The notes under the pieces are model-generated. The model saw nothing but the letters and a program-made list of their open reading frames with translations, made no database searches and was not told the DNA's origin. A program made the position numbers and the translations under genes. Below, piece after piece: positions 59,501 to 64,000 of a stretch of DNA of 64,000 nucleotides (positions are counted from its first letter, which is position 1; the number at the start of each line of letters is the position of its first letter). Where the stretch lies: assembly GCA_964016885.1 (NCBI GenBank), contig OZ024758.1:39308001-39372000 (forward strand), read 5' to 3'. Source of the DNA: Eledone cirrhosa. Lineage: Eukaryota.

Positions 59501-62500
59501 TAAATGAATTCTCACCAACAGTGGAGTTCCTTCTGACAGCTAATACCATGAACTTAAATGAATTCTCACCAACATTGGAGTTACTTCTGACAGCTAGTAC
59601 CATGACTTAAATGAATTCTCACCAACATTGGAGTTACTTCTGACAGCTAGTACCATGACTTAAATGAATTCTCACCAACAATGGAGTTACTTCTGACAGC
59701 TAATACGACGAATTAAATGAATTCTCACCAACAGTGGAGTTACTTCTGACAGCTAATACCATGAACTTAAATGAATTCTCACCAACAGTGGAGTTCCTTC
59801 TGACAGCTAATACCATGAATTTAAATGAATTCTCACCAACATTGGAGTTACTTCTGACAGCTAGTACCATGAACTTAAATGAATTCTCACCAACAGTGGA
59901 GTTACTTCTGACAACTAATACCATGACTTAAATGAATTCTCACCAACAGTGGAGTTACTTCTGACAAACTAATACCATGAACTTAAATGAATTCTCACCA
60001 ACAGTGGAGTTACTTCTGACAGCTAATACCATGAACTTAAATGAATTCTCACCAACATTGGAGTGACTTCTGACAGCTAATACCATGAACTTAAATGAAT
60101 TCTCACCAACATTGGGGTTACTTCTGACAGCTAATACCATGAACTTAAATGAATTCTCACCAACAGTGGAGTTACTTCTGACAGCTAATACCATGAACTT
60201 AAATGAATTCTCACCAACAGTGGAGTTACTTCTGACAGCTTGTACCATGAACTTAAATGAATTCTCACCAACATTGGAGTTACTTCTGACAGCTAGTACC
60301 ATGAACTTAAATGAATTCTCACCAACAGTGGAGTTACTTCTGACAGCTAATACCATTAACTTAAATGAATTCTCACCAACAGTGGAGTTACTTCTGACAG
60401 CTAATACCATGAACTTAAATGAATTCTCACCAACATTGGAGTTACTTCTGACAGCTAATACCATGACTTAAATGAATTCCCACCAACAGTGGAGTTACTT
60501 CTGACAGCTAATACCATGAACTTAAATGAATTCTCACCAACATTGGAGTTACTTCTGACAGCTAATACCATGACTTAAATGAATTCTCACCAACAGTGGA
60601 GTTACTTCTGACAGCTAATACCATGAACTTAAATGAATTCTCACCAACATTGGAGTTACTTCTGACAGCTAGTACCATGAACTTAAATGAATTCTCACCA
60701 ACAGTGGAGTTACTTCTGACAGCTAATACCATGAACTTAAATGAATTCTCACCAACAGTGGAGTTACTTCTGACAGCTAATACCATGAACTTAAATGAAT
60801 TCTCACCAACAGTGGAGTTCCTTCTGACAGCTAATACCATGAACTTAAATGAATTCTCACCAACATTGGAGTTACTTCTGACAGCTAGTACCATGACTTA
60901 AATGAATTCTCACCAACATTGGAGTTACTTCTGACAGCTAGTACCATGACTTAAATGAATTCTCACCAACAATGGAGTTACTTCTGACAGCTAATACGAC
61001 GAATTAAATGAATTCTCACCAACAGTGGAGTTACTTCTGACAGCTAATACCATGAACTTAAATGAATTCTCACCAACAGTGGAGTTCCTTCTGACAGCTA
61101 ATACCATGAATTTAAATGAATTCTCACCAACATTGGAGTTACTTCTGACAGCTAGTACCATGAACTTAAATGAATTCTCACCAACAGTGGAGTTACTTCT
61201 GACAACTAATACCATGAACTTAAATGAATTCTCACCAACAGTGGCGTTCCTTCTGACAGCTAATACCATGAACTTAAATGAATTCTCACCAACAGTGGAG
61301 TTACTTCTGACAGCTAGTACCATGACTTAAATGAATTCTCACCAACATTGGAGTTCCTTCTGACAGCTAATACCATGAACTTAAATGAATTCTCACCAAC
61401 AGTGGAGTTCCTTCTGACAGCTAATACCATGAACTTAAATGAATTCTCACCAACATTGGAGTTACTTCTGACAACTAATACCATGACTTAAATGAATTCT
61501 CACCAACAGTGGAGTTACTTCTGACAAACTAATACCATGAACTTAAATGAATTCTCACCAACAGTGGAGTTACTTCTGACAGCTAATACCATGAACTTAA
61601 ATGAATTCTCACCAACATTGGAGTGACTTCTGACAGCTAATACCATGAACTTAAATGAATTCTCACCAACATTGGGGTTACTTCTGACAGCTAATACCAT
61701 GAACTTAAATGAATTCTCACCAACAGTGGAGTGACTTCTGACAGCTAATACCATGAACTTAAATGAATTCTCACCAACATTGGAGTGACTTCTGACAGCT
61801 AATACCATGAACTTAAATGAATTCTCACCAACAGTGGAGTTACTTCTGACAGCTAGTACCATGAACTTAAATGAATTCTCACCAACAGTGGCGTTCCTTC
61901 TGACAGCTAATACCATGAACTTAAATGAATTCTCACCAACAGTGGAGTTACTTCTGACAGCTAGTACCATGACTTAAATGAATTCTCACCAACATTGGAG
62001 TTCCTTCTGACAGCTAATACCATGAACTTAAATGAATTCTCACCAACAGTGGAGTTCCTTCTGACAGCTAATACCATGAACTTAAATGAATTCTCACCAA
62101 CATTGGAGTTACTTCTGACAACTAATACCATGACTTAAATGAATTCTCACCAACAGTGGAGTTAATTCTGACAAACTAATACCATGAACTTAAATGAATT
62201 CTCACCAACAGTGGAGTTACTTCTGACAGCTAATACCATGAACTTAAATGAATTCTCACCAACATTGGAGTGACTTCTGACAGCTAATACCATGAACTTA
62301 AATGAATTCTCACCAACATTGGGGTTACTTCTGACAGCTAATACCATGAACTTAAATGAATTCTCACCAACATTGGAGTTACTTCTGACAGCTAGTACCA
62401 TGAACTTAAATGAATTCTCACCAACAGTGGAGTTACTTCTGACAGCTAGTACCATGAACTTAAATGAATTCTCACCAACAGTGGAGTTCCTTCTGACAGC

Positions 62501-63134
62501 TAATACCATGAACTTAAATTAATTCTCAGCAACAGTGGAGTTCCTTCTGACAGCTAATACCATGAACTTAAATGAATTCTCAGCAACAGTGGAGTTCCTT
62601 CTGACAGCTAATACCATGAACTTAAATGAATTCTCACCAACATTGGAGTTACTTCTGACAGCTAGTACCATGAACTTAAATGAATTCTCACCAACAGTGG
62701 AGTTACTTCTGACAACTAATACCATGAACTTAAATGAATTCTCACCAACAGTGGCGTTCCTTCTGACAGCTAATACCATGAACTTAAATGAATTCTCACC
62801 AACAGTGGAGTTACTTCTGACAGCTAGTACCATGACTTAAATGAATTCTCACCAACATTGGAGTTCCTTCTGACAGCTAATACCATGAACTTAAATGAAT
62901 TCTCACCAACAGTGGAGTTCCTTCTGACAGCTAATACCATGAACTTAAATGAATTCTCACCAACATTGGAGTTACTTCTGACAACTAATACCATGACTTA
63001 AATGAATTCTCACCAACAGTGGAGTTACTTCTGACAAACTAATACCATGAACTTAAATGAATTCTCACCAACAGTGGAGTTACTTCTGACAGCTAATACC
63101 ATGAACTTAAATGAATTCTCACCAACATTGGAGT
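52775..63134 (+). repeat. Tandem duplication, period 5168 bp (about 96 monomers), containing an internal 1291-bp duplication
   Basis: ORF pairs from 52918/58086 through 57351/62519 all at +5168 with identical translations. GAATTCCC, ACCATTAAC and AAATTAATT variants shared. Internal pairs 54103/55394 and 59271/60562. Confidence 0.94.
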
Positions 63135-63770
63135 GACTTCTGACAGCTAATACCATGAACTTAAATGAATTCTCACCAACATTGGGGTTACTTCTGACAG
63201 CTAATACCATGAACTTAAATGAATTCTCACCAACAGTGGAGTGACTTCTGACAGCTAATACCATGAACTTAAATGAATTCTCACCAACATTGGAGTGACT
63301 TCTGACAGCTAATACCATGAACTTAAATGAATTCTCACCAACAGTGGAGTTACTTCTGACAGCTAGTACCATGAACTTAAATGAATTCTCACCAACAGTG
63401 GCGTTCCTTCTGACAGCTAATACCATGAACTTAAATGAATTCTCACCAACAGTGGAGTTACTTCTGACAGCTAGTACCATGACTTAAATGAATTCTCACC
63501 AACATTGGAGTTCCTTCTGACAGCTAATACCATGAACTTAAATGAATTCTCACCAACAGTGGAGTTCCTTCTGACAGCTAATACCATGAACTTAAATGAA
63601 TTCTCACCAACATTGGAGTTACTTCTGACAACTAATACCATGACTTAAATGAATTCTCACCAACAGTGGAGTTAATTCTGACAAACTAATACCATGAACT
63701 TAAATGAATTCTCACCAACAGTGGAGTTACTTCTGACAGCTAATACCATGAACTTAAATGAATTCTCACC
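61120..63770 (+). repeat. Duplication, offset 1510 bp (28 monomers)
   Basis: Identical ORFs 61515/63025. GTTAATTCTGACAAACT monomer at 62162 and 63672. Confidence 0.82.
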
Positions 63771-64000
63771 AACATTGGGGTTACTTCTGACAGCTAATAC
63801 CATGAACTTAAATGAATTCTCACCAACAGTGGAGTGACTTCTGACAGCTAATACCATGAACTTAAATGAATTCTCACCAACATTGGAGTGACTTCTGACA
63901 GCTAATACCATGAACTTAAATGAATTCTCACCAACAGTGGAGTTACTTCTGACAGCTAGTACCATGAACCTAAATGAATTCTCACCAACAGTGGAGTTAC

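Larger units (their letters stand above)
1..64000 (+). repeat. Satellite DNA array, 54-bp monomer (53/55/56-bp variants), head-to-tail, about 1,190 copies, extends beyond both window ends
   Basis: GAATTCTCACCAACA(G/T)TGGAGTT(A/C)CTTCTGACAGCTA(A/G)TACCATG(A)ACTTAAAT recurs continuously, typically within 0-4 differences of consensus. No reverse-orientation copy or unique sequence seen. Copy number estimated as 64000/53.85. Confidence 0.99.
37280..64000 (+). repeat. Right sub-family domain of the satellite
   Basis: Diagnostic variants first appear from about 37285: GAGTGAC, TTGGGG, TCAGCAAC, ACCTACA, AACCTAAAT, GCTTGTAC. ATACGACGAATT and ACCACGAATT appear from about 45340. Confidence 0.9.

Noticed and set aside
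115-63965. ORF-track entries as protein-coding genes (repeat or surface protein)
   Set aside because: All are translations of the 54-bp unit on both strands. They are broken every few monomers by 53/55/56-bp frameshifts and stops, variants are mostly non-synonymous, and there are no unique domains or termini.
1-64000. CRISPR array or CRISPR-like repeat-spacer system
   Set aside because: The whole unit is conserved. There are no unique spacers, leader or cas genes; variation is only point changes inherited in duplicated blocks.
1-64000. Combinatorial code, programmed frameshifting or antigenic-variation cassette library in the variant order
   Set aside because: The variant order is adequately explained by nested duplication and deletion. 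No expression site, recombinase or reverse transcriptase is present.
1-64000. Telomeric repeat, tRNA, 5S or other RNA-gene array
   Set aside because: No G-rich telomere motif, cloverleaf, Pol III boxes or recognisable rRNA/snRNA sequence; the unit is too short.
1-64000. Alpha satellite or CENP-B box
   Set aside because: The period is 54 rather than about 171 bp, and the CpG-containing CENP-B core (TTCG....A..CGGG) is absent.
1-64000. Transposon insertions or inversions within the array
   Set aside because: No non-satellite or reverse-complement stretch seen. The only hint is the empty 5-bp duplication at 44447-44456.
1-64000. EcoRI site per monomer as a sign of a synthetic concatemer or restriction-related system
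   Set aside because: The hierarchical shared variants and occasional loss of the site (GATTTC, GAACTC, GAATTA) indicate natural evolution; a restriction site per unit is common in satellites.
1-64000. Whole array as a sequencing or assembly artefact
   Set aside because: Rare variants recur at fixed long-range offsets with nested relationships, which random error would not produce. Only individual perfect duplications remain suspect.

Overview
The whole 64 kb window is one uninterrupted, single-orientation tandem array of about 1,190 copies of a 54-bp monomer. The consensus, phased on its EcoRI site, is GAATTCTCACCAACAGTGGAGTTACTTCTGACAGCTAATACCATGAACTTAAAT (20/54 GC, no CpG). The array runs off both ends. 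I saw no genes, RNA genes, transposons, spacers or inversions. Every ORF in the track is a translation of the monomer (54 bp = 18 codons, one stop-free frame per strand) and is cut by frequent 53/55/56-bp length variants. This looks like eukaryotic satellite DNA, possibly (peri)centromeric or subtelomeric; I cannot name the family or organism. The real structure lies in the variant pattern. There are two sub-family domains that switch at about 36-37.3 kb, with a mutation-rich junction between them. There are nested multi-kb duplications (offsets 541, 917, 970, 1291, 1506, 1510, 2208, 2531, 2803, 3717, 5002/5007, 5168 and 9540 bp) rather than one fixed higher-order repeat. The monomer has a degenerate 27+27 substructure, and there is a unique 5-bp duplication. 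I found no evidence for a new gene-encoded system. Offsets come from the ORF track and were checked by eye against rare variants; block edges are approximate to about one monomer.
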